Shown: positions 51,801-61,862, numbered from the stretch's first letter. The stretch is 64,000 bases of DNA from Burkholderiales bacterium (GCA_040880425.1 JBBDIL010000020.1:23312-87311), one strand, 5' to 3'. The notes: generated by a model from the sequence alone, not told the origin. Made by a program: numbers and translations.

Positions 51801-52607
51801 GCCAGGGCGACCGATCGCCTGAAGCTGGAAAGTGACCTGCGCCGCGCGCTGGAGCGCAGGGAATTCCGACTGCACTATCAGCCGCGGGTCGACGCGACTT
51901 CCGGCCGCATTGTCGGCGTGGAAGCGCTGCTGCGCTGGCAGCGGTCGGACGGCACCATGGTTTCTCCTGGCGAATTCGTGCCGCTGCTGGAGGAGACCGG
52001 ACTCATCCTGCCGGTAGGCGACTGGGTTATGGAGGAAGCCTGCCGGCAGCACCGGGCGTGGACGGAGGCCTGCAGGCAACCGCTGCCGGTCGCGGTCAAC
52101 CTGTCGCCGCGCCAGCTGCACAACCATGCCCTGACAACGCGCGTGCGCAGTCTGATCGAAACCTATGCTATTGCGCCGGATATGCTGGAGCTGGAGATCA
52201 CCGAAAGCTCGCTGATGCGCAATTCGGACGAAGCGGTGCGGATGCTCACGGAGATTCGCGAACTCGGCGTGCGCATCGCGATCGACGACTTCGGCACCGG
52301 CTACTCCAGCCTGAGCTATCTCAAACGCTTCCCGGTGGACTACCTGAAGATCGACCAGAGCTTCGTGCGCGATGTCACGGCCGATGCCGACGATGCCGCG
52401 ATCGCGCGCACCATCATCATCATGGCGCATCAGCTCGGCCTGAAAGTGATCGCCGAGGGCGTGGAAACCGCGGAACAGTTGGCCTTCCTGCAGGCGTACG
52501 ACTGCGACGAGGCGCAGGGCTACCTGTTCTCGCGTCCGGTACCGGCGGACGCAATCGCCACGCTGCTGCAGGACGCGCGTTCGGGGAAGGTCGCGCGCGC
52601 GGCCTAG
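48801..52607 (+). CDS. Multidomain c-di-GMP enzyme: degenerate receiver, PAS, GAF, three PAS, GGDEF, EAL
   Basis: A 1268-aa protein. GGDEF is intact with an I-site (RSGD-x5-GGDEF). EAL is intact (VEALLRW, DDFGTGYSSL, KIDQSFV, EGVE). ATGA overlap with the kaiC-like gene. Confidence 0.85.
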   Translation: MIVRAEGPEATIGLLIGERADRDLLEAFFGELGYRVTGGPVNTLDPAQLDTASLLIVDEQAAQSFADPLLALKRAMEPVVLPILVLVPERARIGDWIRRGFDDVLRAPLGKDELLARVEAHLRLRAISVRAARDSAEKFRQTFDLAPSGIAHTAMDSTILLVNARLCDMFGYTEQELCRLKLVDLVFSAELDSTLGFRRRLVEGSSQREVVEKSYLRKDGTVLWAEQVMTLVRDTAGQPSYFISIINDITDRKKLETDMRAAIRARAFAAHSNRVLVHAMGEQQLFDDMCKAAVESGGYRMAWIGIPQQDEGRTIRVAAGAGVGLDYLDAMRVTWRDGDERAQSAAGTAVRTGVTTIIADTARDPRMAPWRLALMANGFRSIIGLPLVSTGRVLGVLVLHAGEPDAFSREEVALLEELAADTAYGVAALRNRDARLAAERALEESARFAIATIDALSNHVCVLDESGTILAVNRAWRAFAESNGGLQSDSMFEGGNYLEVCDRAAGAHADEAPIVAEALRGIIAGTRDEFSIEYPCHGPENERWFLMTVSRFAGEGPTRVVVTHEDITANKQADRELRESEERFRSLTELSSDWYWEQDENYRFIRLPGGTERVNPSDHIGKTRWEIGYANMTEADWAGHRAMLDARQPFRDLVFSRTRADGGTYFVSISGEPIFDERGNFKGYRGVGRDITLQKEAEAALRDNEERLRSTLDAALDCVISIDVAGRIIDFNPAAEKTFGYSRAEALGQDMASLMIPERYREAHFRGMTRHLENPDFHALNRRREVQALRRDGSEFPAEIAVVSTRTHDQTVFTAFLRDVSERKAAETRLLHMAHYDSLTDLPNRVLIQDRLRQAVAQALRSNRPGALLFIDLDRFKWVNDTLGHPVGDRLLKEVSARLEQCLRSGDTVGRLGGDEFAVILSNLSKAQDAQIVAQNIMCAFDRPFESKGHETFVTVSVGITVFPNDGQDADTLIRNADAAMYRAKDDGRNTFALFTSDMNARATDRLKLESDLRRALERREFRLHYQPRVDATSGRIVGVEALLRWQRSDGTMVSPGEFVPLLEETGLILPVGDWVMEEACRQHRAWTEACRQPLPVAVNLSPRQLHNHALTTRVRSLIETYAIAPDMLELEITESSLMRNSDEAVRMLTEIRELGVRIAIDDFGTGYSSLSYLKRFPVDYLKIDQSFVRDVTADADDAAIARTIIIMAHQLGLKVIAEGVETAEQLAFLQAYDCDEAQGYLFSRPVPADAIATLLQDARSGKVARAA

Positions 52608-52612
52608 CGAGC

Positions 52613-55233
52613 ATGAATACGCCGGGCGCTGCAATGCAGGGCAGGAGCAAGGCCGGCAAGGCGGACGGCGTTCAATCCTGGCCACGCAAGCGATGGCCTT
52701 TGCGCCTGCGGCTGTACGCTATGGCGCTGGTAGTGGCCGTGCCTGCCGGTATCTACGTGGCACACGATATCGCGAATCACATCGCTGACGAGTTCAGGGA
52801 AGCGCGGCGGGAGATGCTGACCCTGGCACAGGTCACCGCAATCGACACGGCGGAATTCCTCGGAGATTCGGGTGACATGCTCACGCGCTTCGCGCGGCGC
52901 ATGGTGATCGGCGAGGCAGAGCGCGGCGATTGCGGGCTGGTGCGTGAATTTTCGCTACTGCAGGCGCGGTTCGCCAACATGGGCCTGGCCAACCTCGAGG
53001 GCAGGCTGGTGTGTACTTCTCTGCCGGTGGCAAATGGCAGATCGATATCGATCGCGCACCGCGGGTGGTTCAGGGCGGTAAGCGCCGGCAGCCCGTTCGC
53101 GATCGGCGAGGTCATGGTCGACCTGGTCACAGGTACAAGGGCGGTGGCATTCGGCGTGCCGGTACGTGACGCAAACGGGACGCTGAGCGGGGCGCTGGGC
53201 ATCAGCCTGAGCCTCGCCGGCTACCAACCGGTGACTGCTGGCGCAACGCACCGGCCGGGCAGTATCGTTGCGCTGGTCGATGGCGACGGCTTAGTGATCT
53301 CCAGTTCGATCCAACCGGAGCGGTTCGCCGGGACGAGCGTGCGCGACTCGCAGGTCATGCAGGCAGTTTCCGGGCGGCAGCAGGGCGTCATGCGCGCCGC
53401 CGCCTTCGACGGCATCGAGCGCGTATATGGCTACACCCGCGTCCATGGCAGCGATTGGTACGCGCTGGCCGGCCTGCCCGTGCAGGCGGTGCACGCCACG
53501 GCACTTGCCGATGTTTGGCGCAAGATAGTGTTCCTGTCGACAATCGTCTTCTTGCTCGGAGTGTTGGCCTGACGTCTCGGACGCAGCATCGAGCGGCCGG
53601 TGCGGGCAATCGCGGAGCCGCGCGGGAGGTGGCCGCCGGCAAGCTCGACAGGCGGATTGCAGTCCACGGCCTTGCCGAGGTCGAAGACGTTGCGCGCGCG
53701 CTAAACGAAATGCTTGACGTGCGAACCAGCACCGAAGCGGCGTTGCGTGAAAGCGAGGCACAGCGGGCAGGCATCATCGATTCGGCAATGGATGCGATCG
53801 TCACCGTGGACGACAGGCAGAACATCGTGATCTTCAACAAGGCCGCGGAACGCATGTTCCGTAATCCGGCAAGCGCGTGCGTTGGAGAACCGGTGCAACG
53901 CTTTTTCGCCTCAGCCGACCGGGCGGCGTACCGCCGGCAAATCGAAACCCTGGACAGGGCGGACGGCGACGCCCGGTCGGCGGAATTACTCACCGGCATG
54001 AGCGCGCTGCGCGCCGACGGCGAGACATTTCCGGTCGAGGTAACGGTCTCGCGCACGACCGCTGCAGGCAAGACCTTGTACACGGTGATTCTGCGCGATA
54101 TCACCGAGCGCAAACGTGCGCAGCAGCAGATCGAGAAGCTGGCGACGAACCTGGAAAAGAGAGTCGCCGAGCGCACGCTGCAACTCGAGACCGCCAACGT
54201 CAGGCTGCAGCGTTACGCGAAAGAGTTGACGCAGCTTGGAGAAATCAGCAACCGCTTTCAAGCCTGCACCAGCGTGAAGGAAGCTGCGTGTGCGGCGGCG
54301 CAGTTTTTGCGGCGGCTGGCGGACGCCGGCGGTGTGTTCCTGGTGGATTCTTCTCGCAAACTGGTTGAGGCCGTCTCCTGCTGGGGCGATGTCAGCGCTG
54401 AAGAACAGTTGTTCAGACAGGGGGAATGCCTGGCGCTGCTGCTGGGCAAAATGATCGTGGCGGATGGCTCGCGCGAGCAGCCGCGCTGCCGTCACGTCAG
54501 GCACGACGGTCCTTACCTGTGCGCACCAATAGTCGCACAGGGAGAGACGCTGGGCATCCTGCATTTGAGCGGAGAGTGGGGTAACGCCGGACATGACATC
54601 GGGGAAGACCGGTCCGAGTTCCTGCGTATCGTTCAGACAGTGGCGGAACGGACGAATCTTGCCTTGGTCAACCTGAGGCTTCGCGAGACGCTGCGCGCGC
54701 AATCGATCCGCGATCCGCTGACGCATCTGTACAACCGGCGTTTCCTGGAAGAAACACTGGACATGCAGGAAAGCCTGGCCCGGCGCAAGGGCACTTCGAT
54801 CGGACTGATGATGATCGACGTGGATCACTTCAAGGCGTTCAACGATACCCACGGCCACGATGCCGGCGACCAGGTGTTGCGCGAACTGGCAAAGGTGCTG
54901 CAGACACACACGCGCACCGAGGACGTGGCCTGCCGCTACGGCGGAGAAGAGCTGTGCGTGGTACTGCCGGGGGCATCACCCGGGATCACGCGGGGACGCG
55001 CCGACCAGCTGCGCCGCTCGGTAGCGGAACTGCCGCTGGAACGCGCAGGCACGTCTCTTGGGCAAGTGACCATCTCGATTGGCGTGTCGAGCTTCCCCGA
55101 TCATGGGGCGAACTGGCATGAGGTGCTGAAGGCTGCGGATACTGCCCTGTACCGGGCCAAGCAGCAGGGCAGAAACCGGGTTGCGGTCGCCGGATCGCCG
55201 CCTGGCAATCAGGACAAGTTGTCGGGCAGCTAG
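52613..55233 (+). pseudogene. Cache-type periplasmic sensor / HAMP / PAS / GAF / GGDEF diguanylate cyclase gene, interrupted by an in-frame TGA (53570-53572) and a 1-nt frameshift (about 53617)
   Basis: Track ORFs 52058..53572 (real start ATG 52613, MNTPGAAMQ...) and 53455..55233 are in different frames. The HAMP sequence RLGRSIERPVRAIAE | AAREVAAGKLDRRIAVHGLAEVEDVARALNEML is split across the stop and the frame change. The C-terminal half has RTED-x5-GGEEL. Confidence 0.7.
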
Positions 55234-55598
55234 AGCAGCAATGCCGCGGCGACTTTACGGTCTTCCGCGACCAGGATGTTGTAGGTGCGGCAGGCGGCGG
55301 CGGTGTCCATCACCTCGACGCCGGTGCCTGCCGCGTACAGGGGCTGCAGCAGCCGCGGATGCGGGAAGCGCAACCTGGCCCCGGTTCCCAGCAGGACGAT
55401 TTCGACATCGAGCGCGGCCAGCTCGCCAACCGCTGTTTCGTTCAGTGCGTCGAATCCGGAAACATTCCAGTCCTCCAGCAACTGGTCCGGCAGCACCACG
55501 AGGCTCTGCTCGTAACGCACCCGGTTCACCATGACGTAGCCCGCGCCATAGCCGGTTACGGCATTGCGGCCTTGAGGTCTGGAGATATGCAGTTTCAA
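55230..55598 (-). CDS. Mth938-like / DUF498 small protein
   Basis: A 122-aa protein whose pattern (ITGYG...VLLGTG...[14 protein letters not shown]) is typical of this family. Confidence 0.6.
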   Translation of the reverse strand: MKLHISRPQGRNAVTGYGAGYVMVNRVRYEQSLVVLPDQLLEDWNVSGFDALNETAVGELAALDVEIVLLGTGARLRFPHPRLLQPLYAAGTGVEVMDTAAACRTYNILVAEDRKVAAALLL

Positions 55599-55690
55599 GC
55601 GCGGCTCTTTTGCTGGGCGGTGTGCGATCCGGTACGATTATATCTTTTCGCGTTCCGACAAACGCTTACCCCGGTTCGAGCCTGCCCAGA

Positions 55691-56899
55691 ATGAGAGAGT
55701 TCCCGCGCATCAAACGGCTGCCGCAGTACGTCTTCAATATCACCGGGGACCTGAAAATGGCCGCGCGCCGCCGGGGCGAGGACATCATCGACCTGTCGAT
55801 GGGCAACCCGGACGGACCGACGCCGAAGCATATCGTCGACAAGCTGGTGGAAACGGTGCAGCGGCCGAACACGCACGGTTACTCCGTTTCGAAAGGCATT
55901 CCGCGACTGCGCAAGGCGATCTGCGGCTGGTATCGGCGGCGCTACGGTGTGGAGCTGGACCCTGACGCGGAGGCCATCGTCACCATCGGTTCCAAGGAAG
56001 GCATCGCGCATCTGGCGCTGGCCACGCTGGAACGCGGCGACATCGTACTGGTGCCGAACCCGAGCTACCCGATCCACATCTACGGGCCGGTGATCGCCGG
56101 CGCCGACATCCGCCATGTGCGCAATACGCCCGAGGTGGATTTCTTCGATGAGCTGGAACGCGCGATCAAGGAGTCGTTCCCGAAACCGAAGATGCTGATC
56201 ATCAACTTCCCCGGCAATCCAACCACGCAGTGCGTGGAACTGCCGTTCTTCGAGCGCATCGTTGCGCTGGCGCGGGAGCATGGCATTTTCGTGGTGCACG
56301 ACCTGGCTTATGCCGACATCGTGTTCGACGGCTACAAGGCGCCTTCGATCATGCAGGTGCCAGGTGCGCGGGAGGTGGCGGTGGAATTCTTCACCATGTC
56401 GAAGAGCTACAACATGGCCGGCTGGCGCATCGGCTTCATGGTCGGCAACCGCGAGCTGGTCAATGCGCTCGCGCGCATCAAGAGCTACCACGACTACGGC
56501 ATGTTCACGCCGGTCCAGGTAGCGTCGATCATCGCCCTGGAAGGACCGCAGGATTGCGTGGAAGATATCCGCCTGACCTATCAGAAGCGTCGCGACGTGA
56601 TGGTCAAGGGACTGCGGGAAGCCGGCTGGATGGTGGATAACCCGAAAGCGGCGATGTATATCTGGGCGCGTATCCCGCAGTTCTACGCAGGGCTCGGCTC
56701 GCTGGAGTTTTCCAAGAAACTGCTGGCGGACGCCAAAGTGGCGGTATCGCCCGGTATCGGCTTCGGCGAGTACGGCGATGATTACGTGCGCCTGGCGCTG
56801 ATCGAGAACGAAGCCCGCATCCGGCAGGCGATCCGCGGAATCAAGGAAATGTTCCGCAGGGACGGGGCGCAGAACGGCCTGCTGCGCGCCGCAGGCTGA
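55691..56899 (+). CDS. Class I/II pyridoxal-phosphate aminotransferase (AlaC / aspartate aminotransferase-like)
   Basis: [16 protein letters not shown]..., [12 protein letters not shown] (PLP-lysine motif). It lies upstream of hom-thrC. I chose ATG 55691. Confidence 0.8.
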   Translation: MREFPRIKRLPQYVFNITGDLKMAARRRGEDIIDLSMGNPDGPTPKHIVDKLVETVQRPNTHGYSVSKGIPRLRKAICGWYRRRYGVELDPDAEAIVTIGSKEGIAHLALATLERGDIVLVPNPSYPIHIYGPVIAGADIRHVRNTPEVDFFDELERAIKESFPKPKMLIINFPGNPTTQCVELPFFERIVALAREHGIFVVHDLAYADIVFDGYKAPSIMQVPGAREVAVEFFTMSKSYNMAGWRIGFMVGNRELVNALARIKSYHDYGMFTPVQVASIIALEGPQDCVEDIRLTYQKRRDVMVKGLREAGWMVDNPKAAMYIWARIPQFYAGLGSLEFSKKLLADAKVAVSPGIGFGEYGDDYVRLALIENEARIRQAIRGIKEMFRRDGAQNGLLRAAG

Positions 56900-57037
56900 C
56901 GCGGAACCTCTTGATTCGAGCCGGCAGGACAATCCGAAGAAGGCGATCCGGTGCCGCGACCCCGGTCCGCGGGGCGCACGGCGCTGAGGGATTGCGAGTG
57001 TGTTTTCAACTACTGAACTGAACGGAAATCAACTTTG

Positions 57038-58354
57038 ATGAAACCGATCCAGGTCGGCCTGCTCGGCGTCGGCACCGTCGGCGGCGGAACTTACACCGTG
57101 CTCAAGCGCAACCGCGAGGAGATCGCGCGCCGCGCCGGCCGGGAGATCGTGGTCAGGATGGCGGCGGTGCGCGACGTCGACAAGGCGCGCAGACTGGTCG
57201 GAAAGGAAATCGACCTGGTGACCGATCCGTTCCAGGTGGTGCGGGATCCCGGCATCGACATCGTGGTCGAGCTGATCGGCGGCACCACGATTGCCAGGGA
57301 ACTGATGCTGGCAGCGATCGAGAACGGCAAGCACGTGGTGACCGCCAACAAGGCGTTGCTGGCGAAGCACGGCAACGAGATTTTTCTGGCCGCACAGGGA
57401 AAGGGTGTAATGGTCGCTTTCGAGGCGGCAGTGGCGGGAGGAATCCCGATCATCAAGGCTTTGCGCGAAGGCTTGACTGCGAACCGTATCGAATGGATCG
57501 CCGGCATCATCAACGGCACCACGAACTTCATCCTCAGCGAGATGCGGGACAAGGGCGCGGGCTTCGCAGAGGTTCTGAAGCAGGCGCAGGAACTCGGCTA
57601 CGCGGAAGCCGATCCGACCTTCGACATCGAGGGGATCGACGCCGCGCACAAGCTCACCATCATGGCCGCACTCGCGTTCGGTGTGCCGATGCAGCTGGAC
57701 AAGGCGTACACCGAGGGCATCGCCGGGCTGACGCGAGAGGACATCCGTTACGCCGAAGAATTCGGCTACCGGATCAAGTTGCTCGGCATCACCAAGCGGG
57801 TGGCGGAAGGGATCGAACTGCGCGTGCACCCGACGCTGATTCCTTATCGGCGGCTGATTGCCAATGTGGAAGGCGCAATGAACGCGATCGTGGTGAAAGG
57901 CGACGCGGTTGGGCCGACCCTGTATTACGGCGCCGGCGCCGGCGCCGAGCCGACTGCATCGGCGGTGGTGGCCGATCTGGTGGACGTCACGCGTATGCAT
58001 ACCGCCGATCCCGAACACCGGGTGCCGCATCTCGCCTTCCGGCCGGATCGCTTGTCGGATACGCCGATCCTGCCGATGAGCGAGGTGCAGTCGGCGTATT
58101 ACCTGCGACTGCGGGTGCTGGATCAGCCCGGGGTGCTGGCCGACATCACCCGCATACTTGCCGACCTGTCGATATCGATCGAGGCCATGCTCCAGCGCGA
58201 GCCGGTCGAAGGCGAAGAGGCGGTGGATATCATCATCCTGACCCACATGAGCCGCGAGAAGAACGTCGACGCCGCGATCCAGCGCGTGGAGGCGCTGCCG
58301 GTGGTTGCCGGCCGGGTCACGCGCATTCGTATCGAATCTTTGGACGGGAAATGA
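57038..58354 (+). CDS. hom: Homoserine dehydrogenase
   Basis: NAD-binding [11 protein letters not shown], the catalytic domain, and a C-terminal ACT domain. Confidence 0.9.
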   Translation: MKPIQVGLLGVGTVGGGTYTVLKRNREEIARRAGREIVVRMAAVRDVDKARRLVGKEIDLVTDPFQVVRDPGIDIVVELIGGTTIARELMLAAIENGKHVVTANKALLAKHGNEIFLAAQGKGVMVAFEAAVAGGIPIIKALREGLTANRIEWIAGIINGTTNFILSEMRDKGAGFAEVLKQAQELGYAEADPTFDIEGIDAAHKLTIMAALAFGVPMQLDKAYTEGIAGLTREDIRYAEEFGYRIKLLGITKRVAEGIELRVHPTLIPYRRLIANVEGAMNAIVVKGDAVGPTLYYGAGAGAEPTASAVVADLVDVTRMHTADPEHRVPHLAFRPDRLSDTPILPMSEVQSAYYLRLRVLDQPGVLADITRILADLSISIEAMLQREPVEGEEAVDIIILTHMSREKNVDAAIQRVEALPVVAGRVTRIRIESLDGK

Positions 58355-58355
58355 A

Positions 58356-59498
58356 ATGGCGGCAGACGCTGCAGGCAAACCACATTACACCGGGCTGATA
58401 GAGCGCTATCGCGATCGGCTGCCGGTCGGCCCGGAGACACCGGTCATCACACTGAACGAGGGCAACACGCCGCTGATCGAGCTGCGCAACCTGCCGGCGC
58501 GCACAGGCCGCAAGGTGCGCATCTTCTGCAAGTTCGAGGGATTGAACCCGACCGGGTCGTTCAAGGACCGCGGCATGACCATGGCGGTCACCAAGGCGGT
58601 GGAAGGCGGGTCGCGCGCGATCATCTGCGCCTCCACCGGGAACACGTCGGCCGCTGCGGCAGCCTATGCGGCGCGCGCGGGCATCACCTGTTTCGTGCTG
58701 ATCCCCGAGGGCAAGATCGCGCTCGGCAAGCTCTCGCAGGCGATGATGCATGGATCCGAGGTGATCCAGATCCGCGGCAACTTCGATGACGGCATGCGCC
58801 TGGTGCAGGAGGTCGCGGAAAAATTGCCGGTGAACATCGTCAATTCGATCAATCCCTACCGGCTGCAGGGCCAGAAGACGATCGCCTTCGAGATCGTCGA
58901 GGCACTGGGCGATGCGCCCGACTATCACGCGTTGCCGGTGGGCAACGCCGGCAATATTTCTGCGCACTGGATCGGTTACAGCGAAGCGGTCGGCATGACC
59001 ACCAAAAGCTGCAACCACTGCAACGGAATCTGCAGGTTCGATGCTCCCAAGCTCGCCAGCCAGCGTCCGATCATGATCGGCTACCAGGCCGCGAACGCGG
59101 CGCCATTCCTGCGCGGCAAAATGGTCGACGAACCGGAAACCGTGGCCACCGCGATCCGCATTGGCCACCCGGTATCCTGGGATCTGGCGTGGGCGGCGAA
59201 GAACGAGTCGGGCGGCTGGTTCAACGAGTGCACCGACGACGAGATCCTCGCTGCACAAAAGCTGCTGGCGGAGACCGAGGGCATTTTCTGCGAGCCGGCG
59301 TCCGCAGCCTCCATAGCCGGGCTGCTCAAGGATCTGGCGCGCGGCGTGATCGGCGCAGGCTCGACGATCGTATGCACGCTGACAGGGCACGGGTTGAAGG
59401 ATCCGGATACGGCAATTGCCCAGAGCACGAAACCGGTGGTGGTGGATGCCACACGTGCGGCGATCGAGGACATCATCGCCGGCAAACTGCCTGACTGA
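58356..59498 (+). CDS. thrC: Threonine synthase
   Basis: The PLP-lysine motif [10 protein letters not shown] and collinearity with short-type ThrC. ATG 58356 lies 1 nt after the hom stop. Confidence 0.9.
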   Translation: MAADAAGKPHYTGLIERYRDRLPVGPETPVITLNEGNTPLIELRNLPARTGRKVRIFCKFEGLNPTGSFKDRGMTMAVTKAVEGGSRAIICASTGNTSAAAAAYAARAGITCFVLIPEGKIALGKLSQAMMHGSEVIQIRGNFDDGMRLVQEVAEKLPVNIVNSINPYRLQGQKTIAFEIVEALGDAPDYHALPVGNAGNISAHWIGYSEAVGMTTKSCNHCNGICRFDAPKLASQRPIMIGYQAANAAPFLRGKMVDEPETVATAIRIGHPVSWDLAWAAKNESGGWFNECTDDEILAAQKLLAETEGIFCEPASAASIAGLLKDLARGVIGAGSTIVCTLTGHGLKDPDTAIAQSTKPVVVDATRAAIEDIIAGKLPD

Positions 59499-59500
59499 GG

Positions 59501-60346
59501 TCAGCGGGCGTCGAAGCGCATCGAAAAATCTGCCGCCTGGATATCTTTCGTCAGTGAACCGATCGAGATCCGGTCGACGCCGGTCTCGGCGATTTCGCGC
59601 ACGTTGTCCAGGGTAATTCCGCCCGAAGCCTCGAGCTCGGCCCTGCCGGCAGCGGCACGCACGGCGTCGCGCAGGCCGGCGACATCGAAGTTGTCCAGCA
59701 GGATCAGCTTCGCCCCATGCTCGATCGCTTCCGCGAGTTGCGCGATCGATTCCACCTCGATCTGTACCGGCGTGCCGCCGGCGGCCTTGCGCGCCGCAGC
59801 CATGACCTGCGGGATTCCGCCGGCCGCGGCGATATGGTTCTCCTTGATCAGGACGCCGTCGTAGAGTCCCATGCGGTGGTTCGTTCCGCCACCGGTTCGT
59901 ACCGCATACTTGAGCGCCTGCCGCAGTCCGGGCAGCGTCTTGCGGGTATCGAGAATGCGCGCGCGCGTGCCCGCAACCGCTTCCACGAAGTACCGCGTGC
60001 GGGTGGAAACGGCGGACAGCGTCTGCAGAAAATTCAGCGCCGTGCGTTCCCCGGTCAGCAGCGACCGGGCGGAGCCCCGGATCTCGCACACGGTTGCGCC
60101 GGTCTCGGCGAACTGACCTTCGTCCATGCGCCACTGCACCACGACCGAGGGGTCGATCTGCCGGTACACCGCCTCAAACCAGGGCGCGCCGCAGATGACC
60201 GCTTCCGATTTCGCAACCACGCGCGCACGGCTGAGTTCGCCGGAGGGCACCAGTTCGGCGGTGCGGTCGCCGCTGCCGATATCTTCGTTCAGCGCTGCCG
60301 CGACGTTGCGCGCGATATCGTCCGCCAGGTTCATTGCCTGTTCCAT
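59501..60346 (-). CDS. nadC: Nicotinate-nucleotide pyrophosphorylase (carboxylating)
   Basis: A 281-aa protein with family motifs (LTGERTALNFLQ, DTRKT, ASGGI). Confidence 0.9.
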   Translation of the reverse strand: MEQAMNLADDIARNVAAALNEDIGSGDRTAELVPSGELSRARVVAKSEAVICGAPWFEAVYRQIDPSVVVQWRMDEGQFAETGATVCEIRGSARSLLTGERTALNFLQTLSAVSTRTRYFVEAVAGTRARILDTRKTLPGLRQALKYAVRTGGGTNHRMGLYDGVLIKENHIAAAGGIPQVMAAARKAAGGTPVQIEVESIAQLAEAIEHGAKLILLDNFDVAGLRDAVRAAAGRAELEASGGITLDNVREIAETGVDRISIGSLTKDIQAADFSMRFDAR

Positions 60347-60414
60347 ATCGGTTGATCGCGTGATTCTATCGCCTGCTCGCCGGGCCCGGCGCGGGACGCG
60401 TCAGCGGGGCAGGG

Positions 60415-61086
60415 TCAGGTTTTCGCGACGTCCGCGAGATCATTCAGATTGCGCAGGATTGCCTCAGGCGCGATGCCGAGTTCCTCCGGCGGATTGTCGG
60501 CCCGATTGATCCAGTACGCGTGGAAGCCGAACGCCGCGGCGCCGCACACATCCCAGTAGTTGGAAGACACGAAACCGATCTGCATCCTGTCGACGCCCAG
60601 ACGGGGCGGAACCAGCGCGTAGACCGACGGGTGGGGTTTGAAAATGCGCAGTGTATCGACACTGATGACATCGTCCAGCAGGCCGCGAAGCGCGGAATTG
60701 TCAACGACGGCATCCAGCATGCGCGGCGATCCGTTCGAGAGAATCGCCCGCTTGTGCCCGGAAAGTCGCCCCAGCGCCACTTTCACTTCGGGGAATGCGT
60801 GCAGCACGAGGTAAGCCTGCATCAGGCGAGATTCGTTGGTCTCCGACGAGCTCAGGGACAGTGCGCGGGAGGCTGCGCGCAGTGCGTCCAGGGTCACGGA
60901 CTCGAAATCCCGGTACCGGTCCATGAGGCTGCGCAACCAGGTGTATTCGAGTTGTTTGTGGCGCCAAAGACGCGAAAGCGCATCGCCTTTTCCAGGATAC
61001 AGCGCCTCGCATTCGTCTCTGACCGAATACACGTCGAACAATGTCCCGTAAGCATCGAAAACCCATGCCCGGATATCGCGCGTCAT
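60415..61086 (-). CDS. Haloacid dehalogenase type II (HAD superfamily)
   Basis: It starts at MTRDIRAWVFDAYGTLFDV (ATG 61086), with SNGS and FKPHP motifs. The longer 350-aa track ORF is an artefactual extension. Confidence 0.75.
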   Translation of the reverse strand: MTRDIRAWVFDAYGTLFDVYSVRDECEALYPGKGDALSRLWRHKQLEYTWLRSLMDRYRDFESVTLDALRAASRALSLSSSETNESRLMQAYLVLHAFPEVKVALGRLSGHKRAILSNGSPRMLDAVVDNSALRGLLDDVISVDTLRIFKPHPSVYALVPPRLGVDRMQIGFVSSNYWDVCGAAAFGFHAYWINRADNPPEELGIAPEAILRNLNDLADVAKT

Positions 61087-61112
61087 CCTGTTCTGCAATG
61101 GGGTCGGCCGGG

Positions 61113-61691
61113 CTAGTGCCTGGGCTGCAGAGGCGTTTTGATGCTGACGGCGCCGCGAATCTCGCCGGCGGCGTAGCCGACAGCGCGATCGTGGGGATAC
61201 TCGGCGGCCAGCCTGGCCCTGACACCCTCGGACACGGTCTCCGCGGTACCGTGACAGGCGAGGCACAAGGGCTGAACCGGCAGCGCCTTCATGTAGCGTG
61301 CATATCGGCCGCCCGGTTCGCTCACGATCTCGGAATACTCGAGGGCATCCGGCTTGACCCCGGCGGCTGCACGACGATCGAATTGCGCGAGGACGCGCTG
61401 CTCCCAGGCGTCCGGCTGTCCCAGCATCGGATTGCGCGGGCGCAGGCTGACCCGCGAAACTTTCCATCCGGTTGATCGCGAGAGTTCCCCGGCAATTGCC
61501 GGCGCAACATCCTTACAGACTTCAACCGCGCCTTCCGGCCCGGATTGCCCCAGTTCCTGTTTAAGAGCCGCGCCGAGCTGCTGTACCAGTTCACCGGCGA
61601 CGCGGCGATGTTCGGATATATAGTCATCCGCATGCGCGACGCCCCAGCCTTGCAGGGCAATGGCGCAAACCGCACAGAAGAGCTTGTTCAT
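61113..61691 (-). CDS. Secreted DUF3365-type c-type haem protein
   Basis: A signal peptide begins at MNKLFCAV (ATG 61691, GGAG 5 nt upstream), and there is a single CLACH haem-binding motif. Confidence 0.6.
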   Translation of the reverse strand: MNKLFCAVCAIALQGWGVAHADDYISEHRRVAGELVQQLGAALKQELGQSGPEGAVEVCKDVAPAIAGELSRSTGWKVSRVSLRPRNPMLGQPDAWEQRVLAQFDRRAAAGVKPDALEYSEIVSEPGGRYARYMKALPVQPLCLACHGTAETVSEGVRARLAAEYPHDRAVGYAAGEIRGAVSIKTPLQPRH

Positions 61692-61804
61692 GTGTACTCC
61701 GTTCCGGCTCAAGATCAGATCCCCGACTTTGCCATGCATAAGCGACCCCTGGTCCCGGGATCAGGACAAATGGTCGCGTCCGGCGCCATTTATGGCGCAA
61801 ACAG

Positions 61805-61832
61805 TTGAAACCACGGCACCTATGCCCAATGT
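61805..61832 (+). promoter_or_regulatory. Candidate sigma32 heat-shock promoter of clpB (TTGAAA, 14-nt spacer, CCCAATGT)
   Basis: It matches the CTTGAAA / CCCCATNT consensus at most positions and lies 30 nt upstream of the clpB ATG. Confidence 0.5.
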
Positions 61833-61862
61833 AATGCAAACATCGGAACAAAAGGAATTGCA

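Noticed and set aside
53570-53572. I considered whether the in-frame TGA in the sensor diguanylate cyclase could be selenocysteine or programmed read-through.
   Set aside because: I saw no SECIS-like hairpin immediately downstream. A separate 1-nt frameshift 45 nt later means read-through alone would not restore the protein. A lesion or an assembly error is the simpler explanation.
55228-55233. Convergent genes whose stop codons overlap in the palindrome CTAG (GGDEF gene stop TAG 55231-55233; DUF498 gene stop on the minus strand 55232..55230).
   Set aside because: It is real but is a trivial consequence of tight packing. No functional implication can be supported.
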